Shown here piece after piece: positions 26,208 to 38,445 of a stretch of DNA of 63,910 nt. The notes below the pieces were generated by a model, which did not search any database, had not been told where the DNA came from, and worked only from the letters and a program-made list of their open reading frames with translations. Made by a program: the position numbers and the translations under genes. The stretch's first letter is position 1. The number at the start of each line of letters is the position of its first letter. The stretch comes from Pocillopora damicornis (lineage: Eukaryota): the NCBI RefSeq assembly GCF_003704095.1, contig NW_020846810.1, forward strand, positions 372,001-435,910, written 5' to 3'.

Positions 26208-27769
26208 ATTTTTTAACATTTGTGTTGAAATATTTTAATAGTTTTTCAACAGGATTTTAGCTTCAAACAAATGAGGAAAATGAGAATGTTTGATTCACCA
26301 ATAAATTTACCCACTGCTCGCTCAAGCTTGCTGGCTGTTTCCACCAAGTATGGGTTGACATTCATCGGCTGCCCTACAGGTATTTTGAGACCATTTTTGT
26401 TAATTTGTTGTTGATTTTTGTTTTGTTTTGGTTTTGGTGTTGAGAAAATGTAGTGGACAAGTTAAAAAAAAAATGTGCACAATAACAGTACTTATACAAA
26501 AACCAAGGACAATTAACTGAATGAGAGCACATTTCAAATGAGTGTCCTTAAAACCAAACCTTAGTAATCAATAAAGCCAATGAGATGAAAAGAAAATATC
26601 ATAACGAGTCAATGAAAATTTACAGCAAAAGTAAGTAGACTGCTCAAAGCAAGTTTTGAATCTGATTGTTTCAGAGGATAGCACAAGTTTTCTCATGCAG
26701 GTGTAAATCTGGCATAAATTAAGCCTGAAAATCATCAGATTACAGCTGGATGTGTTATTTTCCTTAAACTGAATTTTCTTTTCTGATTGCCTCTGGTGAT
26801 AAGAATGATGTATGTACAAAATTTGATCAAAGTGTACATATTTACATATGTGTGGACCAAAGACAATATTAAATCACAAAAATTGCATCAATTGCATATA
26901 CATGTAATTTCTTCATGGGATATTTAATGAATTACTATTGTGCTGCCTATCATTGTTTTAAATTTTTAAATCAAGATTATTATTAAGTGTCAGGAATTAA
27001 TTGCCATGAATAAAAGTGAAAAAAACTGAAACCATTGAAAGAATTAATGAATCTGATGAAGGAAGCATGTACAATGTTGGTAAGTTGAAGCAGCTCCTTA
27101 GCATAACTATTCATCTCTTTACCATTTGTAGAATACTGATAGCAGTTCTTTCCCTTAGAACACCTCCCTCCCCATCACATGTCCCACTCTAGGCCTGTTT
27201 ATCATGACACCAGCATGGGTCACTCTGCTGTTCTTTCAGAACCCTGTTTGCTTTTAAGGGGGCTGAATTCTTTGATTGTTCCATGCTACAATATTTGTCC
27301 AGTTCTTTACTAAAAATTTTTCAAACAAATACCCTTATAGGCCAGTATAATCAGAGTTAGCTACTTATATCATTGCAAAATAAAGGTGGCTCTGAACTTA
27401 CTTGTACTTTACAGAATATTAAAAACATGAATCTTTAAATGCAAATAACGATAAGCTAATAAAAAAGCAGGGATACATGCATATCAAACTTGCTATTGGT
27501 AATTTGTCACAAAACCAGTGGTACATGTGAATTACCTGAATGCAAGTAATCAACCACAACCGGTAATCTGATTGTATCTTTCAGTGGCCAATTGCCCTTC
27601 AGCCCTCAAAGAAATTAGTCATCCTGTACAATTTGTGGGTCTCAGCAGTGATGATGTGACTCTGCCTCTCTGCTATGTGGATGGAGATCAAACTGTCATA
27701 TATTTGTACAACATTCCAACACTTGGAAGCTCTGTATGTTGTACTTTTGTAGACCTGTTTATCATGACA

Positions 27770-28716
27770 CCAGAATCTGTTTCTGCGGGTTTGCATAATA
27801 AAATTAAAGAAGCAATTGTTCCTCTCTCTCTCTTAATCATTTAGATGGAATGACGTTGGCCCCTTATGTGTAAATAAGGAGATCAATTAACAGTTAGACT
27901 GCATTTTATTCTTCCTTATAAGGACGACGAAACTACGCTATAAATTAATGCATTAAGGCTGGTCTAAAAAATTAGGGTTGTTGATTCCTTTTTTATAAGG
28001 CTTGTCCCTTGTGGAAGAATGGGTACATTTGGAAACGTATAGCATAAATTGTTTGAGGGTCATTAAAATATTAAACGCAAATAAAATGTACAGTCCGATC
28101 AAAATTTAGATTACAGTGATAAAACATTGGAGTGACTTCAATTTACAGTAAATGTTTTTGAAAAATAAGCAACTTGGAAAATTGAACACCATATGTAGAA
28201 CTGGATTAAGGTCAGCTGATGTACCTCCGCTGTCTTTTTTGTTGTTTTCTCACTACACTTTTCTGTTTGATGGTTTTCCCATTATTCTGCGCTACCATAG
28301 GCTTTCTCTTTTTGATCTCAAGTATTGTGCAAGTTATTTAGAGTCAAGATCAATTCAATTGTTTCCAATAATTCCCCTTTAAACCATGCAGTACGAGGAA
28401 AATGTCAAAATTAAACGATAGTTAAAAACTTAAAATACCAAATGAAACTATGATCCGACTTAAAGAGAAAATAAAATTTTAAAAAATCGAAAATAAATAC
28501 TATTCGTAAAAACGTCAAGATTGCAAATCTGTAGCTGATTGTTCACTACATTGTTTAAATTCTCATTATCTTATCGGACCATTTCCCTTTTTCTTACAAG
28601 GATTTTGAAATATACCGCTAAAACTGCATCATCTTAACTTTCTAACAACCTAATAACTTTTAGATTACCCAAAAGTTTTCATTCATAGTGATGTATTGTT
28701 ACTCCGCCCACAATCT
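27770..28716 (-). repeat. Duplicated 3' flank of copy B, homologous to 53678-54640
   Basis: Continuous reverse-complement similarity from the stop codon to CCAG at 27770-27773 (equals CTGG at 54637-54640). Confidence 0.85.
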
Positions 28717-31700
28717 TCAGATAACCATACACAGTTTTACGGTCTTCTTCTCTAAGTGGGTGGCAAGATTTTGCAAACGGCGAATTCGAACAATATCAGG
28801 TTTGCCTGCATTAAAAACACGATAAAGGTGAAAGGCGACTTGGTGCTTCAAAGCGAATTGAAGTTCCGGAACGGACAGCTCGAAAGAGTCCTTTTGATCC
28901 GAGGAAGTGGTCTTCACTTCAACAAACGTTACAACAGTGCGTTTGTCGCTCTCCTTAACACCTGAGATATGTTGTCGAATCTCAATGTCGTACGGCGCAG
29001 TTGTGTTCCCGTTTTCGTTTATCCAGACAATTTCAACCAAGCCAGGAGAGTGGCCTCGTGCTTGCTCTTGGAGAAACTCGAACACACACTGTTCTCCCCA
29101 ACGACCAATGTCTTCTTTGTTTGGGTTATCCAACAGCGGGATCCGCTCCAAGATCCTCTGATTATCATTAAATTGTAGATCTTCGAATTCAACTTCAGAA
29201 GGACCTCCATCAAACCAGAGATTGGAGCGGCTGGGAGACGTTTGCCTCGCTACATCGCCAGGAATGGTTACGAAAGTCATCTCCCCAGGTAGGGGCACTT
29301 GGGGTGGAGGGGGCTCCACGATCTTTGTATTGTGCTGACGGTTCTCAATTTCATTGGGCCACAAATCACTTGCTGTTTCGCGAGAACTTATCTGCTGGTT
29401 GTTCACCAAAGCATCTTCAACGATTACCTCAGGTGGTTGCTGTGCATCGTTTTCAGTACGCTGTTGCCTAGGGACGACTGCACCAGGATAATCCAGCGCC
29501 GGTTTCCTATCCTCTCCCTTCAGGGGATTTTCCGACATGGCCTCTGGCGCTCTTGTGGTATTAATATCACGTTGTGTAGGTCTCTGAACCAAATAGTCCT
29601 GATTCTCTTCTCTAAAGGGCTTCTCTACAGTTTCAGGAGGCTCCGGCAAGGGCCAAATCTTCAGAATGGGTTCACCACCGGGATCCCCTTCACGTTTACA
29701 AGCCTTGTCATATTGAGCAGACGATTTTGGTGGCCAGGAATGAAGACCATCGTCGCCTGACCTGGAAGGGGTGGCGGTTTCCTTATGAAAAGGAACTGCT
29801 TCATTCATAGCCTCTTCACTATCATCCATTACAATTTCGGGTACCTCAGGAGGTGGAACGATCCACCGTTCTTCGTCTTCCGGTAATGGCTCTAAGTCCT
29901 GCTTATCCTCCAAGTAGCTGTCAAGATCATTCCCACTGTAATTTTTCACAGCAACCAAAAAGTTGTTGAGGTCTGAAGCACCCGGTTTTTTCCCTCCAAA
30001 CAACAGCTTAATCATCTCGGCATTTAAGACTTCTAAATTATCCTGATACTCTTGTACGACATATAAACAGAACATGCCCCCAGCCTCTTGTATGCCGGAT
30101 TTTTCTTCAAGGGGAACGTGAACGTCAGGGTGTGTGGACAATGAATACACAGTTGCCAAACTTGGTACGGAGGCAAATTGCATCTGCGGCAGTTTCTGTG
30201 CAAATCCTTGAGAGCTTAGTTCGTTGTACACCGATTGATACCTGGAGTATAGGAAACGTTGCACACATGGGATGAGTTGGTGGAAGTGCTTCTGCAAGGG
30301 AACGCACTGGTATTGCACTGCGCCGCCTGGAGTAAACTCTTTCTTGACGCATTTACTCAACGTTGCTACTCCACAGCTATTCAAGAACGAGGAAACATAG
30401 TGCTTCATTAATTCATGGTCTTCTTGAGGCTTGTTTTTAGATGAGCGACGATTTTGAGGTTGATAGAAATCTCCAAACTCAAGAAAGTGGACACTTTTTT
30501 CCTTCTGGAAAATCTTCAAGAGACTTTTATCATCGGCTATTAGTGGCTTCTCAGAAAGAGCAACCCATTTATCCGTTGTAGGGAAAATGCGTATTTGGTC
30601 GTCTTGTAAGGACTGTTTCAAAAAGGCAGTCATATTTGCGTCGATCTGTTGATCAAGTCGCATTCTGTTTTTGTGGTCTCGTCCGACGCATTTACTTCCG
30701 AAGGTGGCAAAGATTTGCAACATATCCCTCAAAGATGAAGGAGAAGGAAAACGAGAAACTTCGGCAACAGTCGATGCCATTTCGATGTACTCACCCACAT
30801 TAGGTGTCGCGTCGACACCGATATGATCAACAAAAAAGGCTGAAAGACTTTCCTGGGTACTTCGGCTTCGATAGAACATTTCCAATAAGGGCCTTGTGGT
30901 CATCTTGTCTTGTTCTTCAAGAAGCTTCCGAGAGACTTCTGTCGGATCTGTCCAGCAAACGTCTTTCTTCAGGTAAAAAAATCCAGCCGATTGGAGACTT
31001 GGAGGGCGATGTGGAACAAATATCATCTCATTCTTTAGAAATGCCTCGTGTATTTTCATTCTTTCTACCCCACTCTGATTCATTTTCTCAAGAAGAAAGA
31101 AATACACTCTGCTCATGTGCGCAACAGAAGTCGTAAATTCCTTTCGTTGATTTCCATCCATCCTTTCACAGCCGCAACCTGACCACTTCTTCATCTCATT
31201 TATCAGCCCATCCACGCCTACGTTTTCTCGAATTCGAAGAGTTTCTATGAAAGACGAGCTCTTTAAATCTGCTGCGACGTAGTTTACGTGATTCTCAAGT
31301 AGCTGATAAACAAGTTCACTCCGCACAAAGAGGTCTCTTGGAAGATGGAAGTCCTTCCCTCCAGCGGTGGAGGCCATCCACGGTTTGGTGACGAGATTCA
31401 GGTAAAAGGAAGATCGAGTTTCCTTGAGATTATGCCCGTTTGTATCTTCAACGTGGACAAATTCTTCAGCATACTGTGCGTACTCGTCACCCCAACGTTC
31501 ATCTATGCACTGAGCCAAGAACTTTGACTCCTCAGGACTGATTCGTTGCTTAGCGTCAGTGCTGTCAATCTTTCGAAGAAATTCTTCAAACTGCTCGCAG
31601 GCCCAGTCATTAATAATGTAAAAGCCATCAGGGGTTGTCTGCCAAATGTTTTCGTAGGACGCCCAAGGTGTTTTAGCCTAAAGAAATAGAAAAAGGAGAT

Positions 31701-34700
31701 ATTTGGTTGAACGTTCTAACCATGCATAGATTTCCTATACTTTCTATTTACTTTTCTGAATGCATACTTCCAAAATGCACCTCTTAAGATGAAAATAAGA
31801 GACCTAGGTAATATATTATGACATAAAAACAATCTGGTATAAACAAATATATAACCAGGTGGTGCTGAAATAAAGATTTAAGAGCATACCATTGTGTCTC
31901 GATGTATCCTTACTGGTTTCCTTTTAATGGACAAAAAGTGTTTGACACCGAGCTTGGTAAGAAATTCTTTCCAATCCGTAGAACAAGCTTTCAATCCTGT
32001 ATAACAGTCCAAGTACGATTCGTCAATAAGAGTCCACGAAATACCTTAACGGAGAAGAGAAAATACACATTTAATTAATTTCTACCTTCCTATCCGAGGG
32101 AACTGCAAATATCAAAAACAATGTACAACAGGAACACAACAAACGGTTGGAAGTCAGGAGTAACATTTGATCGTGAAGTCTGATTGTCTGGTTTAAAGGA
32201 GATCTGAGCGGGACTGCTATCCGTAGGAGTGACTGACGTTTCGATACTCTAAGCGGAAGTCATCATTACATTGACGACTCTGGAAAGATGGTCCACTTCT
32301 TAAACACTTAGACTCCTCTTACCAGCTATCAACAGTTACCAGTACCACACTAAAGGCTTAGTAACAAAATTTACACAACGAACCAAAAAACAGAACGACA
32401 TAACTCTTCCGATGGATGGGAATTGACCCGGACTTACGCTACTTGAGTCAGCCGATAACATCACAGCAAAACAGTCAATCTTGCCGAAAATAGTCCGTCT
32501 CACGACCATTTTCACAGCAGAAAAATGGTGAAATTTATGCCAGATTTACACCTGCAAGAGCTCAACTTAGGGCAACACAGGTAAATATAAGGCGACTTAC
32601 TGGGCAACCGGCCAGCAAGGTCAATTGTGCTTCCATATTTGGGCGTGAAATGGATCGACGTTGTTGTTGGGTTAAAAACACCCTTGTTCGTTAAAATCTG
32701 TACGCAGGACTTTAATTCATCCATATCACATGCAGAAGGGTCTTTCAAGCGCTCTTCCAGAATGTACACAAGGTAGCTTCTCAACACTTCATTAGACTTG
32801 GACTGTAAATCACAAAAAGTACATCCGTGTTGGAATCATATTACACTGCCAGCTCTCCCCAAGATTCCTCTAAAGTTTCCTAGTTGTCTCTTTAAAAATT
32901 ATCTGGGATACGATATCAGATATCGAGATGAACATAAGTTTCAAAATTTTAAAGCCTCTGCGAAATGATATCTACGAGCGATGAATTTCTATTTAAGAAA
33001 CCAATTCTTTACATGCATAAGAAAACTAAAGCCAATAAAGAAGCGTGAGACCGCCTTGGCCTCTAACTCTCGCATAAACATTCATCATTGCCAAAAGTAC
33101 AATGCGAATTTAATACCTTCCACTTGTCTGACTTGAAAGTTGGGATTATGTGACTGTTGACGAGCTCCTTAGGGCTCCAAACTTTGACTCCTAAACTTCT
33201 CAACAGTTGTTCAACTTGAGAACGACCGATATCATCCAGCGAAGAGAACAAAGACGGGTGTACTGTGGAGAGGTCTTTCTCGAGCACCGAGAATGTCGTC
33301 TGCTCCTGAGATTTGGATCCTGGAGTTAGATATCAGAAAAATTTCATGACCAGAACGAAATCCTATATTATTTTCTGAAAATGAGAAAAAGCTTTATCAA
33401 ATGCCAATTACTCCAGTATACTGATCTGATAATTTAAATCAAGCCGCTCTCCGGAGCATAGATTTACTTTTGGTGTACTACTCATTTGAGTATTGATATT
33501 TGGAATCCCTAATACGTTGAATCCCTCAAGATAACTCGACAAGAGCTATAATATGGAGGGTTTTTGTGCCATCCTCTTCCGAAAGAAAAAAGGCTAAATC
33601 ATTTACGACAAAAAGTGAAGAGTTTAGAAATTTAAGGATTATACTTTCAATACCGTTTTTATGTGATGAAATCTGTATATGGACCTACCTTTCTTAGCCT
33701 TTGGAATAGCTCCCTCGGATATTTTCTGCAAAGACAACGGTAGGAAAACAGAGTCTTCCTTAAGGTTTACGAATGTGCCATCTGTTAACGGAATCACCTT
33801 GAGAGAACGAATTCGATCAAGCATTTCTTGACTGCTATTTCGCTCCTGCTCGAGACACCTATACATGCACTGCAACCATCGAGCTACCCAACCTATCCTC
33901 ACAACATCCAGTTTGTAGTCCTTACTATGGGATGCGGCTTCATCTGATTCATTTGAAGCCTTTTTCACCTCCGCTCTGCCAATGTCCATCAAGTGCCTGC
34001 TGGACAAAGTCTCGATTCCAAGACGGGATCTAAGGGTGGGATTTAGCGCTGGAACAATTTCTGGGTGAAGGTAGCTCAACCCTAAGTGCTCCTTCAAAAG
34101 GGCAGGGGTTATGAGCTTCTGTATGATGCTGTCTTCGGAAAAAATAGCCTCAGTGGGGAGAACCCAATTGTAGCTCTTTCTATCATCAACTTCGGTCGGT
34201 ACCTCAGTTTCGTTGCTGGACACGATTACAGGTATACAACACTTGCTTTGAAGAAGTTTTAAAATATGGCGAGCAACAGGCGAAAAAAAGTCGAGGATTT
34301 CCTCTTCAAGCGGTACAAATTGGAAATATGAAACCACCGAGGAAAGGCCGGAAAAGGATGGATGAACCTTTTGAGAAAGAAACAAATATTTCAATTACTT
34401 TGAAGTTTTAGTCCCAAAATTTCAAAATCTCAAGATTTGGATCCTTAATTTAGATGGTTTGAAGCTGGAAACAAAATGACTGATTGGAAAAACTACACGT
34501 CTTCCTACCATGAACACCGAAAGAGCGTCAATAAACAGTTGTGGAATCTCTTCCCTTAGCCACTGGTTCCAGGATTTGTCACTGTCGACATCCTCTCTAG
34601 ACGAAGGAACCTCAAAGTCGCCTTGAATGATGAATCGAAAACCATAACTTCTCAGGGGAAGATACGCAAACACATTCTGTGGCGGCAGGTTCTGTAGATG

Positions 34701-37130
34701 ATATACAGTAAAATACATTCTAAGCCCGCCTTCCCCTGATAAAAGTAAAAGTAGCCTAACGTATACACTCAAACCAAGTAACCCATCACGCTGGAGCTTA
34801 TACTGGTTCTCGTGACATGAAACGCCTAGGGGTATCGTTACTATACTTGAATGAGGTAAGTGTTCATCGCAAGGTCACCTCCAGCGCGCTAACCGCTAGG
34901 TAACCGTGTCGTCTATAAAAGTCAATATTCATATAATTACAAAGTATGACCAAAACACTTGCTAGAGTGCCATTCGCTGTTTTCATTTTGCTCTAAGAAG
35001 ATCATGAAATATGCCTAGGTTTACATGTACCTAGCTCTTGCGTCCCCTTTGTTGCAAGGGACATAGAGAGAACAGATGAGCTCCAGATCCCTTGTGCTAC
35101 TTTAAGCGCGCAAATTTGCCAGATTCTATTGCCCTTGTCCTTGCCCCTATGACGACTAGACATTTCCCTTTCCCACAGCTCAGTCAATGTTGCATATTTT
35201 GCTTACGTGTTTTATAATTACAGTTTTATCATTTTTAAAATATTTCAAGCAACACTAAATTGGGGGAAGATAAGCCCTTCGAGAGGAAAATATTTTCGTA
35301 TTTTTTCCAGGTGTATAATGTAGATTCATTTCAACAGAGATAGACATTTCTTCACAAGTAATTTTATTTCAGGGGGTTCCAGAAAACCCTTTTCACTTGG
35401 CTCTCACTCCATATCATTTTCAGGAAACACTAAAACAAGCCAAGAACTGAAGTGTAACATGGTGAACTTTACCTGATGCCTAATCCGTTGACTTGAAGTA
35501 CTGCCTGAGTCATCAAACAAAGGGAAAGCTAGCGCCAGCTCAGTCATCTCTACATCCTCTTTCATCTGAATTGAATTAAAGTGACAAAAGCAATTAAAAT
35601 AAGAAGTTCGGCTTTGGTAATATGCTTTTCACAAAACCCATTAAAATCTTAGACGATCGTACTCAGTGTAGAATGAGAGATTACGGCAATAAAACTAAAA
35701 AAAAGGAAAAATTCGTACAAATGCCGAATAAATAAATATGAAGACAGTGTAATGCACAAGTACTTGCAATCGTCCCTGGTACCACTTACATATCAATGAT
35801 TTTAAAGATAAGAAACTTTGATTGCCGGCCTCATCAGCAGCAAAACGACAATACATTTGTACTTTTAAGCTAATCGTAAGCTGTCTTCTTACATTTGAGG
35901 CATCGAGCTGTTTTTTGATAACAAGCCACCGATCCGTGCCTTTGGTGTGCTTGATTTCCATGATGTTATCTCCCAGGTCCTTCCTTATCATTTCACTGCG
36001 ACTGTTATGTACCTGGAGAAAAATTGAAAGGTTAGGCGATTTTCGGCAATTTCAGTCAAGTAGTAAAAGCAACAAATGTAGAGGGCATAAAGTTTTGATT
36101 TTGCCAACTTCGTGATCAGATTGAGAAATATGGAAATGGCTCAGATTTCAATCCGTTCAGAGAACCAAAAATAAACTGACTGGTTCGAACAAGAAAACCG
36201 TTGCATTGAAAGGAAGAAGAATTAGCAGAGGTGAATTTTACCTTCTACAATTTAGAATGTTATTTGACAATTGCGTGGTTCGATATCTGATGATGTTCAT
36301 GGCACTTGCTGCTGCTATAAATAAGAATACCACCGACAACAACGGTAAGGAGCAAAAGGAGAACTGAAATTCACCAATATTAATAATGAATGCGTTGAGA
36401 GTTGATACTAATTACGAGTTTTTGTCTGGAGTCTTAATTACCTATGTTTGTATAGAAACCTGCTAAGAGAACAATGAGTATTTTAATTTGTTGACACAGA
36501 GTTCAAACCCACCTTGTCGTGAATAAAGATTCCTCGCAAACGATGCAAGAATAGCAAGAGTGAGGGACGGATATCGTGAAACCTGGGCGCCAGAGAGGAC
36601 TTCTCGTTCTGTCGATGTTCATCGTTTAATGGTAGAACTATGCGAGTCGGCCAGCTACGGGGAAAAAAAGAGGGAAAAGAAAGCATTTTGAATAAACAAT
36701 GTAACAAGAAAACAAAAAAACGAGTTCGCAGAGCGCTCAAGTGTCACCAAGGCTTTAGTTGAAGGTCTGGTTTAAATCTTTCCTGAAACAATTCGTTTTG
36801 AAAACATGCTAAGTTTAGACACCTGTTTCTGTGCGTGACAATTCACCAAGGATTCTCCTGTCGGAAGGGGTATAAAAGTCTAAACTTACAAGCTAAATTC
36901 ATCCCCGGAACTGCTTGCTCCACTGCCATTATCTCCTTTCTCATCATCAACAGATTTGTCTCCCAAATCCTCCGTGGTTCGTTCCTCCGAACAATTGCCT
37001 CCAACCCACTCAGGAAGAATGTAACCAATTGGCCCGCTTTTAGCGTCAAATCGAATGTGATATCCATTGGAATGGACTTCGGGGCAATCAGTAACCCGGA
37101 AGACTGACTTAAAACCAATACCTTTTTGTC
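28717..37130 (-). CDS. NOV/sacsin-like protein, copy B, 3' part (exons 10-19), on the flipped block
   Basis: Minus-strand exons 37130-36890 (GQKGIGFKSVF, GHKL G-box), 36654-36513, 36012-35893, 35565-35473, 34691-34509, 34367-33689, 33319-33117, 32802-32601, 32044-31890, 31677-28717 (stop). Exon lengths are identical to copy C exons 10-19 and the frame is open. Confidence 0.87.
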
Positions 37131-37394
37131 CTAAAATTGCGCAGAACAATGGACATCTACAATAAATTTCTATCACTCCATTTTGTAGGTCATAATACTG
37201 ACCAAACAGAAAGGTGTTCTAAAAGTGGATTGTGTGTAAGTACTGAGACTCTGCGTTACACATTTCCACGTGAACCCATTCCTTTAGGAAAACCTTACGT
37301 TTAAATAGGCATAAATCTTTTACTTAATCTGTAGATAACCCCCTGTAGCTATTTGTGACTTTGAAACATCAAACTATTTTGTACGCAAAATCAA

Positions 37395-37494
37395 NNNNNN
37401 NNNNNNNNNNNNNNNNNNNNNNNNNNNNNNNNNNNNNNNNNNNNNNNNNNNNNNNNNNNNNNNNNNNNNNNNNNNNNNNNNNNNNNNNNNNNNN
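37395..37494. other. Assembly gap (100 N), right boundary of the flipped block
   Basis: Exactly 100 N. Confidence 0.99.
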
Positions 37495-37667
37495 GACCTA
37501 CCTTCGACTTACAGAAGCAAGTAATGATTACGATACGGATACTTGGGAACCCTGATGCCTGCGATCAGTGGCCGATCGATTTAACATTACAAAATCGAGT
37601 TTATTTCGTGTTTATCGCAGAATTTGTGGAGCGATTGCCAACAATCTCTCCGTTCAATATATGAAGT

Positions 37668-37720
37668 ACCATATATTGAAGTAGTTGACAGAATGTCTGT
37701 CAACTACTTCAATATATGGT
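37668..37720. repeat. Perfect 25-bp hairpin with 3-nt loop
   Basis: ACCATATATTGAAGTAGTTGACAGA-ATG-TCTGTCAACTACTTCAATATATGGT. Confidence 0.9.
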
Positions 37721-38445
37721 GGTGTTTAAGAAAGTAAAATTCTTACAAGCCCAACTGCCTTTTCTTTTCTTCACAAATCCTCACCATATTTTACAAGGTT
37801 TTTCTGCCAATTCTTTACAAAAGATGATATGGGTTCCTCAGTTTATTAGACTTAATACTGCTAACATGGACATGTCAGCCACACTCACAGAAACGCCGTA
37901 ATTCTAGTTTGGCACCTCATATTTTTCAAAAAAGAGTTTTTGAAAAGAAATCAATAGAAATTACTTATTTAGACGTTGATTTTTTTTCGGTTCACTGGAA
38001 GAACACAAGTGAAAAGTCACCAACACTGAAAACAGAAAATACTTTTAGTCCTTACCCATGATTTAGCTGTAAAGGCCAGGAGCTTAATAGCACAGTAATT
38101 TAATATGATGATTTGAGATGAAGCAATGCTCCCAGTACATAGTCAGAATGATCTGACTGTACCAGGTACATGTACTTGTATTTCAAGGACCTGGTTGTTG
38201 TTGAACCCACCACCCTCCAATACCAGTCTGCTGCATTTTAATACTTGACGAACTGAACTGGCCGGTAATAATACAATCGGAGGCCATTCTGAAATAAGAT
38301 CTGCAAGTGTTGTTGACCCACCTAAATTGATTGATGACAATTATATAGTTGTGTACTGGTGCAGAGATAGCTATGGTAACTGTTACTGTTAAATGCACTG
38401 TTTCCTTCTACTCACCACAAAACTCCATAATTTTTGTGTCTGTAG

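Larger units (their letters stand above)
24139..27733 (+). pseudogene. NUP214: Truncated NUP214 (nucleoporin 214) pseudogene, exons 1-4 of the beta-propeller
   Basis: Exons 24139-24186 MADSEDEEVPPQRDVK; 26253-26379 [43 protein letters not shown]; 26994-27079 (14 extra nt after the acceptor give a frameshift and TAA); 27585-27733 VANCPSALKEISHPVQFVGLSSDDVTLPLC. Matches the human NUP214 N-terminus as recalled ([60 protein letters not shown]). Ends at the junction with the copy B 3' flank near 27770. Confidence 0.85.

Noticed and set aside
22767-37394. A fourth or fifth independent minus-strand NOV-like gene
   Set aside because: On the minus strand exon 1 lies downstream of exon 19, and the pieces complement the incomplete plus-strand genes; a flipped block explains this better.
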